IMG/VR virus record: IMGVR_UViG_2740892273_000003
Source of the DNA: a virus
Taxonomy: Duplodnaviria > Heunggongvirae > Uroviricota > Caudoviricetes
Length of the DNA: 44,348 bases
Strand: one strand, 5' to 3'
Positions 24,904 to 32,973 of the stretch are shown one piece after another; positions within the stretch are counted from its first letter, which is position 1; every line of letters begins with the position of its first letter. The notes beneath the pieces were generated by a model, which saw only the letters and a program-made list of their open reading frames with translations, did no database searches and was not told the DNA's origin. The position numbers were made by a program, and so were the translations under genes.

Positions 24904-25371
24904 TTAATTCGGGCATTGCGTCTTGATGTATTCCTGAAGCGTTCTCAGTGCTGTCTGGTCTCTGATGATTCCGTCCCGGATACCGAGAACGTTTCGTCCA
25001 GCAACTGGAGAGAGTTCGACGGTGGCATCATTGCCCATGCCGGAGGCGCTGGAGGTTTCGGCTGAGGATGGCACAGAGCATTTTCCTTTGACGAGCACCC
25101 GACCACCATTATCAAGCTTGCGCCGAAGAGCATCATTTTCAGCTTTCGCATCAGCCAACTCCTTCGTGTATTTTGCATCGAGCGCAGCAACATCACGCTG
25201 ACGCTGCTGCATGTCAGCGATGGTGGCGGTCGCCTGCTTCAGCTCACTGACTTTTTTATCACGCTGTTCTTTGTAGGCGATGGCGTTATCACGGTAATGA
25301 TTAACAGCCCACGACAGGCAGACGATGATGCAGATAACCAGTGCGGAGATAATTGCGGTTACTCTGCTCAT
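24904..25371 (-). CDS. Rz: i-spanin Rz
   Basis: [31 protein letters not shown]... (N-terminal TM, then coiled coil) matches the lambda Rz N-terminus; start overlaps R stop. Confidence 0.8.
   Translation of the reverse strand: MSRVTAIISALVICIIVCLSWAVNHYRDNAIAYKEQRDKKVSELKQATATIADMQQRQRDVAALDAKYTKELADAKAENDALRRKLDNGGRVLVKGKCSVPSSAETSSASGMGNDATVELSPVAGRNVLGIRDGIIRDQTALRTLQEYIKTQCPN
24945..25151 (-). CDS. Rz1: o-spanin Rz1, embedded in Rz in the +1 frame
   Basis: [21 protein letters not shown]... has a lipobox (VVGC) followed by a proline-rich segment [11 protein letters not shown], as in lambda Rz1. Confidence 0.7.
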   Translation of the reverse strand: MRKLKMMLFGASLIMVVGCSSKENALCHPQPKPPAPPAWAMMPPSNSLQLLDETFSVSGTESSETRQH

Positions 25372-25868
25372 TGCTGCCCCCACAAACAGACTTCACGCTC
25401 AATCTCACGGCGAGTCATCAGCCCTTTCCATTGCTTGCCGCCAGCATATGTCCAGCGACGTAGTTGATCACATGCACCTTTGATATCGCCCTGGTTGATT
25501 TTGCGAAGAAGTGTCGATGTTCTGAAATTGCCTGCACCCACGTTGTAAACGAACGAGTAAAGAGCACCACGCGTTGTTTCCGGTATATCGACTTTGATGT
25601 ACGGGTTAATTTGTCTGGCGACAGTAGCAAGGTCTTTATTCAGGAGAGCTTTGCATTCTGCTTCGGTATACGTTTTACCGAGCATAATGTCTTTTCCTGT
25701 ATGCCCGTAACATACAGTCCATACACCAACGATGTCTTTGTAGGGGTTATGTCTCACACCTTCCAGACCATCGTTGCCGCTCGGACCAGAGATGAGCACA
25801 GATGCTATGGCAATAGCCCCGCCACCAATAGCAGTTGCGACAGCTTTGCGTAATGATGACTGCATCAT
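25368..25868 (-). CDS. R: SAR endolysin (T4-lysozyme-type muramidase with N-terminal signal-arrest-release domain)
   Basis: Gly/Ala-rich weakly hydrophobic N-terminus [18 protein letters not shown] followed by the E...D...T catalytic triad region [24 protein letters not shown]. Confidence 0.7.
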   Translation of the reverse strand: MMQSSLRKAVATAIGGGAIAIASVLISGPSGNDGLEGVRHNPYKDIVGVWTVCYGHTGKDIMLGKTYTEAECKALLNKDLATVARQINPYIKVDIPETTRGALYSFVYNVGAGNFRTSTLLRKINQGDIKGACDQLRRWTYAGGKQWKGLMTRREIEREVCLWGQQ

Positions 25869-26137
25869 ATTTCCTTCGGTGCTCTCTTTCCCAATTCACC
25901 AATAACCATCGCCGTGGCGGAAATATTATTGGCATCAGTTTTATCCAATATGTCCTGCAATATCTTCGTGCGCTTCATCTGCTCGCGTTTATTGAGCCGG
26001 TATGTAAGTACACCGAGGATAATGCTGAACGCGACACCGATAATGAAGCCCCAATCCTGCAATGACAGGCTGGCAAAGAACGCAGTAAGACCAGCACTAC
26101 CATAAGATGCGCTGCTGTATCGTTCATCCATCTTCAT
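25865..26137 (-). CDS. S: Class II holin, pinholin-like (90 aa)
   Basis: Dual-start MKM..., two hydrophobic segments ([11 protein letters not shown] and [16 protein letters not shown]), charged C-terminus; immediately upstream of a SAR endolysin. Confidence 0.6.
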   Translation of the reverse strand: MKMDERYSSASYGSAGLTAFFASLSLQDWGFIIGVAFSIILGVLTYRLNKREQMKRTKILQDILDKTDANNISATAMVIGELGKRAPKEI

Positions 26138-26232
26138 ATCTCTTACCTCGCAATAGTTGCTGAGGTTTCGGCTTGGAAACTATACGGCGAGAAATAACCC
26201 CATCAAAAACGGCAGGGGAATATATTCTTCAG

Positions 26233-27354
26233 TTACTCAAATAACTTTTTCACTTCATCAACTGTCTGAAGATAACGTTCACCCTCAATCTCAATACCGA
26301 TTGCCTGACGACCTAACTTCAGCGCGGCTTTAATAGTAGAGCCTGATCCCATAAAGAAATCGGCAACGATATCTCCGGGGCGGGAACTACTTTTTATAAT
26401 ATGTTCCATCATCGCTGCAGGTTTTTCACATGGGTGCTTGCCAGGATAATATTGCACAGGAGGAAACTCCCATACATCGGTATAAGGTACATCAGCAGTA
26501 ACATGAAATGGGCGGCGCAAATTTTCATACTGAGCCTTCAAATCATCATACTGCTTCTTTACTTCCTCATAACGCAATTTCAGATCGCTATAACGCTTTT
26601 CATGTTCTGAATAATCAACATTAAAAGGATATGGACACGGGACACCGAGTGAATCTGCCTTCCTGCGAAATAATTCGCATAGTTTATTAAAATCACTTAA
26701 TGATGGAAGCCGCCACTGCGAATAAGAAAACCAGTGCGAACACATCTGCTTTCCTGTTGCTGAATTAATGTCTGCGGCTGATATATCTAACTGACGGCGA
26801 GCCAGCGAAAAAGCATCAATTAGTGGAGAAAAAATATTTTTTCTTAAATCTGCACATTTTGAAGCATAACCTGACTGACCTTTAGCATAACCTGACGCGC
26901 CGTAATGCTCTGCAAATAATATTCTTTCAGTGGCAGGAAAATAAGCCCTTAAACTTTCTTTATGACAACCGCGCCACATACCACTGGGTTTAGCCCAAAT
27001 GATATGGTTCAGAACATTGAAACGGTCGCGAGTTAATAATTCAATTTTTGACGCAAGGCGAGAGCCGGTAAACATATACAGGCTGCCATTAGGGGCCAAT
27101 ATCCGCCAAAATTCTGCCAAAAATTCATCAATCCACCCCAAAAAGTCAGCATCGCTATCCCACTGGTTATCCCATGCGTTAGCCTTTACGCCGAAGTATG
27201 GTGGGTCTGTTGCAATCAAATTGACCGAGTTATCAGGGATGGTTTTGATAAATTGCAGAGAATCTGCGCAAACGAGTTGCGCGCCATGAATATTAGTGGT
27301 TTTGAACATAGCTATTATTTTTTTGCCTGGGTAAGCTAACCCGGCGATGCGCAT
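26233..27354 (-). CDS. Orphan DNA amino-methyltransferase (N6-adenine or N4-cytosine); true start may be the internal MFKTT
   Basis: DPPY motif near the N-terminus (LIATDPPYFG) and FxGxG AdoMet motif near the C-terminus (DFFMGSGST); no adjacent restriction endonuclease gene. Confidence 0.75.
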   Translation of the reverse strand: MRIAGLAYPGKKIIAMFKTTNIHGAQLVCADSLQFIKTIPDNSVNLIATDPPYFGVKANAWDNQWDSDADFLGWIDEFLAEFWRILAPNGSLYMFTGSRLASKIELLTRDRFNVLNHIIWAKPSGMWRGCHKESLRAYFPATERILFAEHYGASGYAKGQSGYASKCADLRKNIFSPLIDAFSLARRQLDISAADINSATGKQMCSHWFSYSQWRLPSLSDFNKLCELFRRKADSLGVPCPYPFNVDYSEHEKRYSDLKLRYEEVKKQYDDLKAQYENLRRPFHVTADVPYTDVWEFPPVQYYPGKHPCEKPAAMMEHIIKSSSRPGDIVADFFMGSGSTIKAALKLGRQAIGIEIEGERYLQTVDEVKKLFE

Positions 27355-27443
27355 CGCGGGTGGGCTTTAGGTTCAGCCTATAGCTCTGGCATGGGTTGAC
27401 CGCAGGACAAGCTGCAACTTGTCCTGCACCCACTTTTCAGGCA

Positions 27444-27467
27444 CAAAAAAACCGCCATAAAGGCGGC
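27444..27467 (-). terminator. Intrinsic terminator (tR'-like) between a candidate late promoter and the methyltransferase/lysis/virion genes
   Basis: Minus strand reads GCCGCC-tttat-GGCGG followed by TTTTTTT; preceded by hairpin GTTGGGT-tttttgt-ACCCAAC and followed by a 10-bp-stem hairpin GCAGGACAAG-n6-CTTGTCCTGC. Confidence 0.6.
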
Positions 27468-27505
27468 TTGTTGGCTGTTGGGTACAAAAAACCCAACTTA
27501 ACAAA

Positions 27506-27534
27506 ACAATAACTAAAAACCGTAATTTTGCCAA
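27506..27534 (-). promoter_or_regulatory. Candidate late promoter (PR'-like): TTGGCA, 17-bp spacer, TATTGT
   Basis: Sigma70-like hexamers on the minus strand ~30 nt upstream of the hairpin/terminator series; a centromere-like palindrome sits just upstream. Confidence 0.45.
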
Positions 27535-27554
27535 GCTTTTTCGTTTTTGTGCTG

Positions 27555-27570
27555 TGCGACCGTGGTCGCA
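27555..27570. repeat. sopC-like centromere palindrome copy 3 (TGCGACCGTGGTCGCA, opposite orientation)
   Basis: Same arms as copies 1 and 2 with the central dinucleotide GT instead of AC; extended palindrome CTGTGCGACCGTGGTCGCACAG. Confidence 0.6.
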
Positions 27571-27576
27571 CAGTTT

Positions 27577-27804
27577 TTAGAAAGTTGCCTGCTTATATTC
27601 ATCGGTCAAAGAATATCGACCAGACCCGCTACGCTTTGCAACCCCAAAACAGATCATCTGTTCGATGATAAATTCAACGGCAGCTTGACTCAAAAAACAG
27701 GCTTCGCTTAACTCTTTCAGGGAAATGCGTGGGTATCCACGCATAACACATTCCACACTCAGGGCCGCTTCAGTCATATTTCCACGAATTTCATTAATAT
27801 TCAT
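27577..27804 (-). CDS. Hypothetical small protein (75 aa), possible winged-helix DNA-binding protein
   Basis: ORF with a helix-turn-helix-like segment ISLKELSEACFLSQAAVEFI; immediately upstream of the candidate late promoter. Confidence 0.45.
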   Translation of the reverse strand: MNINEIRGNMTEAALSVECVMRGYPRISLKELSEACFLSQAAVEFIIEQMICFGVAKRSGSGRYSLTDEYKQATF

Positions 27805-27817
27805 AACGCCTCTCTAA

Positions 27818-28057
27818 TCAATCTTGAAACTGGAAATCAACATCAGCCATAAAGCGGTTCAACTCAGCCAGTTTTGGCCCCATAGTCCCAACTAAGCGAC
27901 CAGCCAGTCGGTCTGCCAGGTTGGTACTGTTGAAACCATATTCCTTTTCGAAACGTTCAACCTTCTGCCACAACTCATACAGTTCGTTAGCTATCTCCGC
28001 AACGTCGTCGCGCATTTTTTCGTTACCTTGATAATTCATAATATCCTCCAAATTCAT
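27818..28057 (-). CDS. Hypothetical acidic small protein (79 aa)
   Basis: ORF in an operon with the 75-aa gene; divergent from the toxin-antitoxin pair. Confidence 0.45.
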   Translation of the reverse strand: MNLEDIMNYQGNEKMRDDVAEIANELYELWQKVERFEKEYGFNSTNLADRLAGRLVGTMGPKLAELNRFMADVDFQFQD

Positions 28058-28204
28058 ATAGTTAGTGGGTTATTGCCCCTCAATGACACGAACTGTAACT
28101 CTGCCAAACGAACACATCCAGTGTTATTTTTCACTTTTTAGTGAAATTTTTAATTTGCGCTTTTTTCTTGTTTTGGTGTATTTTATGGCTATGGAGGCTA
28201 TAAT

Positions 28205-28516
28205 ATGTTTAACGTGATAACCCACCCTGCAGCACTGGATGAACTGCTTGAACTACCAGATGATTTGCGAGGTCGCATGACCAGATTAATTGAGCGACTG
28301 GAGAAGGAAGGCAACAAACTGAAGATGCCCCATAGCCGTGTAATAGGTGGAGGGCTTTTTGAACTACGAGTAGGGGATAAAAACATCGCAAGAACGCTGT
28401 ACGCCTACGCGACTGGTAACGAAATTTATCTATTGCATGCATTTGTAAAAAAGACACAGAAAACACCGGTGAAGGCTATTGAAATCGCCAGAACTCGCCT
28501 GAAGGAGATGAACTGA
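28205..28516 (+). CDS. Type II toxin, RelE/HigB superfamily (N15 gp49-like, 103 aa)
   Basis: Small basic protein resembling gp49-like/HigB toxins; GGAGG RBS 7 nt upstream; encoded upstream of an HTH protein with ATGA start/stop overlap; opposite strand to flanking phage genes. Confidence 0.65.
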   Translation: MFNVITHPAALDELLELPDDLRGRMTRLIERLEKEGNKLKMPHSRVIGGGLFELRVGDKNIARTLYAYATGNEIYLLHAFVKKTQKTPVKAIEIARTRLKEMN

Positions 28517-28803
28517 TGAAAGCGAAAGGCATCCCGTTTAACGAAGTAAAAGAAAAACTTCTCAACACTCCAGAAGCCATCAAAGGATATGAAGAGGCCG
28601 ATAAAGAGCTGGAGATGGTCGAAATGTTATACGAAATGAGGGAAAGAGCAGGTTTAACGAAGTCAGCTCTGGCTGAACGAATGGGATTGCGCCCGTCAGC
28701 TATCAGCCGCCTGGAAAGCAATCCTTTAGGGGCAAGCATGAAAACTTTATCAAAATATGCCCAAGCATGCGGTGCAACGATTAATATTAATGCCGTCTAT
28801 TGA
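28516..28803 (+). CDS. HTH (XRE-family) antitoxin, HigA-like (95 aa)
   Basis: Helix-turn-helix segment LTKSALAERMGLRPSAISRLE; translationally coupled to the toxin gene. Confidence 0.65.
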   Translation: MKAKGIPFNEVKEKLLNTPEAIKGYEEADKELEMVEMLYEMRERAGLTKSALAERMGLRPSAISRLESNPLGASMKTLSKYAQACGATININAVY

Positions 28804-28846
28804 TTAGACCCTTTTCGCTACCCCGTCCAGAAGGGCGGGGTGTGTA

Positions 28847-29065
28847 TCAATGATGCAAACACTCAACAGCAATAACTTGTTGGCAATTCTGAGCAATCTC
28901 CCGCGACATACTAACAAGTCGTGAAATCTCGCCAAGATGCAAGCTGGCTTCTGGAGAAGCCAGAGCAACGCTAACCAGATCCAAAACGGCGTCGATGTCT
29001 TTTAGGTTTGATCCGAGTTCTTCAAGAGTTGATACAGGTGCTTCAGTCATTGAATCTAATACCAT
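28847..29065 (-). CDS. Small protein (67-72 aa) downstream of a LexA box; candidate SOS-inducible antirepressor
   Basis: ORF with alternative ATGs at ~29065 and ~29050; a LexA-box-like sequence lies ~25 bp upstream. Confidence 0.45.
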   Translation of the reverse strand: MVLDSMTEAPVSTLEELGSNLKDIDAVLDLVSVALASPEASLHLGEISRLVSMSREIAQNCQQVIAVECLHH

Positions 29066-29087
29066 TTAATTAAAAAAGGTTATTTGA

Positions 29088-29107
29088 TACTGTATAAAAT
29101 TACAGGG
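29088..29107 (-). promoter_or_regulatory. LexA box (SOS operator) overlapping a candidate promoter
   Basis: TACTGTATAAAATTACAGGG fits CTGT-N8-ACAG with an AT-rich centre; on the minus strand it overlaps TTGAGT-17-TACAGT promoter-like hexamers. Confidence 0.6.
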
Positions 29108-29134
29108 TAAAACTCAAATTTTATAGCCAACTTT

Positions 29135-29289
29135 CAATGGATTAACTGGTTAAATATCTTTGTAGTCCGATACTTATGTTCCCTTCCTACGCCTCGCCCA
29201 ACCACTTTCAAAAGCCCATCACCACCATCAGAAAAGCTCTTTTCGCTCCGTTTTCGTATCATTTCAAAAAGCAATGCCTTTTTGTCCAT
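29135..29289 (-). CDS. Unannotated small ORF (about 50 aa) with a strong Shine-Dalgarno sequence
   Basis: ATG at ~29289 preceded by GGAGGG at 5-nt spacing; translation MDKKALLFEMIRKRSEKSFSDGGDGLLKVVGRGVGREHKYRTTKIFNQLIH; below the track's 60-aa cutoff. Confidence 0.3.
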
Positions 29290-29298
29290 TTATCCCTC

Positions 29299-29312
29299 CG
29301 TGACCAGTCACA
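29299..29312. repeat. Palindrome CCGTGACCAGTCAC (GTGAC-N2-GTCAC), copy 1 of 2
   Basis: Shares the 14-bp core GTGACTGGTCACGG (reverse complement) with the palindrome at 40633-40652. Confidence 0.5.
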
Positions 29313-29634
29313 CTTTGAGCGCAAGTTTCAGCCTCGTGGTTGTAAGGTGGCATGAGCCTTCACCATCAAAAATGCATTCTGAAACAGGCATTTTTTGACC
29401 ACATCGCGGACAAGTAGTAGATAGCTGTTTCTGCAACTCCTTATAGTTTTTCCTGATCAGCAGTCCGATGACTTCGTTCTCTGAATATGGAACTCGCCCT
29501 GGTCTACGCAATACACAAATTTCCCCCAACATACGTAACTCGTCAGGTTCCAGAATCCAGTCACGTCTTGATGTTCCTTCCTTCTTCAACCGTTCCCTGC
29601 GTCTTCTTTGCCGTTCTGCCGGTGTCAGCGCCAT
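29308..29634 (-). CDS. Hypothetical protein (108 aa) with basic N-terminus and CxxC motif
   Basis: ORF; Arg-rich N-terminus MALTPAERQRRRRERLKKEG and CPRCG motif. Confidence 0.5.
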   Translation of the reverse strand: MALTPAERQRRRRERLKKEGTSRRDWILEPDELRMLGEICVLRRPGRVPYSENEVIGLLIRKNYKELQKQLSTTCPRCGQKMPVSECIFDGEGSCHLTTTRLKLALKV

Positions 29635-29649
29635 AAATCCTCCTGAAAA

Positions 29650-30180
29650 TTACTTAACCCAATTAACTACACCGCCAGCGGCCACAACCGCCCTTTCACA
29701 GTCACGCTCATATCTCAAAGGTTGAAATACACCATCAATAAAATATTTATCTCCACCAAACGCTGCAGGAAGTGAAACAGAAAACTGAATATGACCATCC
29801 GGAGTTACCGGAGAGTTGCCAGCCAGTCTACGCAACACAGCCTTAACGGCCTCAATACGGTCATCATCAACTTTTTCTACAATATTGGAATTTAAATACT
29901 TCGAAGCCTTGCTATGCCAATCGCTGGTTTTAGGGTCTTGTCCATCCATCAAACGCCAAGCTTCAGCGATTAACTCATAGCCAGTGACAGTGGCTTCCTG
30001 CGCATCACCAATAAGTCGTGTAATCTCTCTTTCAAGCCGACCGCCTAGCTCTGTTTTAGTGCAATGTTCTGACCAATCGCCAGCCTCAAGCAGCGCGAGA
30101 ATGCTTAAAATATCGTCCAATAGAACGGTAGTATTATCGACTTCCTTCTGAAACTCACCGGCTACTGATTTATGCATCAT
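29650..30180 (-). CDS. Hypothetical protein (176 aa)
   Basis: ORF in the early-right operon; contains a PVTPDGHIQFSVSLP segment related to the PVTPDGWISCSERMP segment of the neighbouring DUF551-like protein. Confidence 0.5.
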   Translation of the reverse strand: MMHKSVAGEFQKEVDNTTVLLDDILSILALLEAGDWSEHCTKTELGGRLEREITRLIGDAQEATVTGYELIAEAWRLMDGQDPKTSDWHSKASKYLNSNIVEKVDDDRIEAVKAVLRRLAGNSPVTPDGHIQFSVSLPAAFGGDKYFIDGVFQPLRYERDCERAVVAAGGVVNWVK

Positions 30181-30479
30181 TCGTCATCCTCATCTGAGTC
30201 ATCCTCATCACAGGATGAGAGTAGTGGGTTAGTCATTCGCCCTACTTGAGTGGCGTAGCCACGCCGACAGAGATTGCGCAGCACACTGTATATTTCGAAC
30301 ATCTCGGTTCGTTCATCACCAACATCAAGCTCAGATGCTATAGCGTGGCATTCAGTCGCGAGAGCCGATATTTTCTGAAATAACTCTGCTTTATTCACTC
30401 TTCGACTCCTGCGGCGGTTCTGGTAGTGGCATCCAGTGAGTTGCTTGCTCAATACCATTACCCGGCTTAATCGTTGCAT
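30177..30479 (-). CDS. Hypothetical acidic protein (100 aa as given; start uncertain)
   Basis: ORF overlapping the 3' end of the upstream gene by ~89 nt; poly-Asp/Glu C-terminus; true start likely internal. Confidence 0.3.
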   Translation of the reverse strand: MQRLSRVMVLSKQLTGCHYQNRRRSRRVNKAELFQKISALATECHAIASELDVGDERTEMFEIYSVLRNLCRRGYATQVGRMTNPLLSSCDEDDSDEDDE

Positions 30480-31140
30480 CTCCGCGCCGAAAGGTGCTTC
30501 CGGTATAGCGTGCGGAGCATATTAGCGGTTCAACCAGAGAGCTATCGAAATTCACCGAAATAAGCACGTTCTGGCCCTTTTCAGGCATTCGCTCACTACA
30601 GCTTATCCAACCATCCGGAGTTACCGGATAGTTGCCAGCCTCATACGCGACCCTTATCCAGTGCATAAGCATTTCAGTACTTACACATCCACAATCAACA
30701 TCAATTTTGTCATGCTGCTGTTCCAGCCATTGCTCAAAAGTTAACTTGTAAGTTTGGCTTACAGGTTTGGCTTCCAGTTCTGCTATGTGATTTTTGGCTG
30801 ATTCCAACTCAATCGACAATTTTTCCAACTGCTCTTTATGATTTTTATATTCCTGATATGCGTGCCAAGACTGACCTTTGCGCACACTATCAGTGATATC
30901 AGTAATCTGTTCTGGTGTTAGCGTGGTCAGTGGCTGTGATGGGAAAATAAGCACTTTCCCGGAATCCCAATCAAAACCAGCGTGAATTGACTGAACCTCA
31001 ACTGAAGGTGTTGAACCAATGCTGCCAGGCGAATGAACAACGATTGTTACATCCATATCGCGACGATGGCTGTGGTTGTTGGACAAAATACGATTCAACA
31101 AAATACGATTCACCAACTCAGAAAATTTAGAAAATTTCAT
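30391..31140 (-). CDS. DUF551-domain protein (249 aa)
   Basis: C-terminal WISCSERMPEKGQNVLISV...WMPLPEPP pattern typical of DUF551 proteins from lambdoid early regions. Confidence 0.55.
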   Translation of the reverse strand: MKFSKFSELVNRILLNRILSNNHSHRRDMDVTIVVHSPGSIGSTPSVEVQSIHAGFDWDSGKVLIFPSQPLTTLTPEQITDITDSVRKGQSWHAYQEYKNHKEQLEKLSIELESAKNHIAELEAKPVSQTYKLTFEQWLEQQHDKIDVDCGCVSTEMLMHWIRVAYEAGNYPVTPDGWISCSERMPEKGQNVLISVNFDSSLVEPLICSARYTGSTFRRGDATIKPGNGIEQATHWMPLPEPPQESKSE

Positions 31141-31505
31141 GCTGATTCACCTTTCTCTGCTCTCTCCTGTCGGAACATCACTATCATCAGGTCGCCTTTT
31201 GTCGCTATCTTGGCTGTTGTGCCTGGCTCAATGCGGCTAAGTTCAAATGCGTCATAGAACGCCTCCAACGCTTTCTGGCGTTTTTCCTGTTTGCGGCGCT
31301 TTCCCCACTGCTTTAGAAAAACAGAGGCCGCCCACTTCCCCGCACTGAACATGATGTAAAACCAACCGAGAAGTGCCAGACCGGTATTTAGGGCCGTATC
31401 GATCGTTATCGTGGTGTCGATATTCACTACGCCACCTCCTGAAAATTTCCCTGATAAAACGCCAACACACGCTGCATAACTTCGCTCTTCCGACAATCGT
31501 GACAA
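31137..31505 (-). CDS. Hypothetical membrane protein (122 aa as given; start uncertain)
   Basis: ORF overlapping the upstream gene by ~79 nt; one predicted TM segment LALLGWFYIMFSAGKWAASVF. Confidence 0.3.
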   Translation of the reverse strand: MSRLSEERSYAACVGVLSGKFSGGGVVNIDTTITIDTALNTGLALLGWFYIMFSAGKWAASVFLKQWGKRRKQEKRQKALEAFYDAFELSRIEPGTTAKIATKGDLMIVMFRQERAEKGESA

Positions 31506-31846
31506 ATCATGTTCAAGCGCCTGTCGTAACGACGTATTTCTCCGTCAGGTAATGACCAGATAAGGTCTGGATCAACCACTACCGATTTCTTCGGCTTTAC
31601 TCTTGATAGTTTTTTACGGGCGTTTTGCCAGTCCTTGCGTGCTTGTGCAGACAGAAATATCCCGGAGCCAGAGATATACAAATCACCGCTGGCAGCAAGC
31701 TCTCTTGATAAACGACTAACAGCACACCGGCTAATACCAGTTTCATCCGCAAGTTGCCTAACCGTTCCTCGTCCATTCAGGCGCACGAGTTCCACAATTT
31801 GTTTATTCAGTTCTTCCCTCTGTTCTGGTGTAAAAGCCTTTGCCAT
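31427..31846 (-). CDS. HTH DNA-binding protein (139 aa)
   Basis: Helix-turn-helix-like segment VRQLADETGISRCAVSRLSRELAASG. Confidence 0.5.
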   Translation of the reverse strand: MAKAFTPEQREELNKQIVELVRLNGRGTVRQLADETGISRCAVSRLSRELAASGDLYISGSGIFLSAQARKDWQNARKKLSRVKPKKSVVVDPDLIWSLPDGEIRRYDRRLNMICHDCRKSEVMQRVLAFYQGNFQEVA

Positions 31847-32445
31847 TACGATTCTCCTTGCCCTTTTACAAGACGGGAGAAAATTGCGGATACATATTTA
31901 GCCTGATGAATAGCATCAGCCAGGGCATTGTGTCGTTCGCCATCAAATGGCATATCTTTTTTAGGATTAAAACCAATAAACTGACCAAGATTAACGATTG
32001 TTCGAACATCCTGATCATTAAAATATTCCCACGGACAGGCTAAGCCAACGCGCTCATAAGCACCGCGTAAAATTACATTATCGAACGTTGCTCCATTTCC
32101 CCATACTTTCAACTTTTTTAAATTACATGCATGGCAAGTAATAAAGTGTGATAATTCAAAAAGTGCATCCTTAATATCAAGGGCATCATTAGTACAAATA
32201 GCGGCTCTGGCTTCCTTGCTCTGTTTCAACCACCATAAAATGGTATCACCATCGGCGATACCACCATTCAACATCGAGCTTCTGAGATTCACTGGCACAT
32301 AAAAGGTAGGACCTAATTCCTCACTTTCTGGAGAAAAAAACACTGCCCCGATAGAAACAATTGCAGCACATGTATTAGTACCCATTGTTTCAAGGTCAAT
32401 CATTACATCAGACCGTTTCCTGTCGTAAATAATCTGATTAGTCAC
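31846..32445 (-). CDS. DEDD-type 3'-5' exonuclease (199 aa)
   Basis: N-terminal MIDLETMG (Exo I motif) and C-terminal H...ALADA (Exo III-like motif). Confidence 0.65.
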   Translation of the reverse strand: MTNQIIYDRKRSDVMIDLETMGTNTCAAIVSIGAVFFSPESEELGPTFYVPVNLRSSMLNGGIADGDTILWWLKQSKEARAAICTNDALDIKDALFELSHFITCHACNLKKLKVWGNGATFDNVILRGAYERVGLACPWEYFNDQDVRTIVNLGQFIGFNPKKDMPFDGERHNALADAIHQAKYVSAIFSRLVKGQGES

Positions 32446-32468
32446 GAATAATTATCCTCAACGTTTAT

Positions 32469-32672
32469 CTATACCCAAAACTTCTGTTGATATGTTCTGG
32501 ATGGTTTTGGCGCTCTTTCTGATTCAGGTAAATGAACATAAACGCAATATCCATCACCTAAAAAATCAGAACGAACAACCAGAACTTTCTTACCACGCCG
32601 CCGATAAGTATCTGAAAGACGCTCTGCTTCATCATGCGTCATCGGCCCCTGCTTAAATGGCGTTATTTTCAT
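32469..32672 (-). CDS. Hypothetical small protein (about 67 aa from MKITPF)
   Basis: The track ORF starts inside a centromere-like palindrome; the internal ATG gives a 67-aa product. Confidence 0.4.
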   Translation of the reverse strand: MKITPFKQGPMTHDEAERLSDTYRRRGKKVLVVRSDFLGDGYCVYVHLPESERAPKPSRTYQQKFWV

Positions 32673-32973
32673 TTTCTTGTGCGACCACGGTCGCACCCTC
32701 TCTGATTTCCAAGTAACGCTTAATCCAAAGATTTTCTATATGCTTATTACCTGGCTGATTTGATAAATACCAATCGGCAATTACAGACTGCTTATTACTA
32801 TCTGGTCGTGTCCTGTAACCACAAGTTGGACACCAGATAACATATTCATTTCTTACCCCCGAATACCTTAATTCTGGCTTCGACGGTTTCCTGAACATAA
32901 CTTGTTTACAAAGGCAGAATGGCACTTCCTGCCCGATGGCGTTTGATGATTTCACTGCGCTTCTCCGCCGCAT
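32653..32973 (-). CDS. Hypothetical protein with zinc-ribbon-like motifs (106 aa as given)
   Basis: CxC...CxxC spacing (FCLCK ... WCPTCGY); start uncertain (internal MFRKP also possible). Confidence 0.4.
   Translation of the reverse strand: MRRRSAVKSSNAIGQEVPFCLCKQVMFRKPSKPELRYSGVRNEYVIWCPTCGYRTRPDSNKQSVIADWYLSNQPGNKHIENLWIKRYLEIREGATVVAQENENNAI
32680..32695. repeat. sopC-like centromere palindrome copy 4 (TGCGACCACGGTCGCA)
   Basis: Same 16-bp palindrome in the early-right operon, at the junction of two small ORFs. Confidence 0.6.

Noticed and set aside
27552-27573. Possible LexA box CTGTGCGACCGTGGTCGCACAG
   Set aside because: The CTGT/ACAG halves are 14 bp apart rather than 8, and the core is the centromere-like palindrome found at four other sites.
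27577-28057. Assigning the 75-aa or 79-aa gene as the Q antiterminator because they sit immediately upstream of the candidate late promoter
   Set aside because: Both are far smaller than known Q proteins and show no zinc-finger signature; left as hypothetical.
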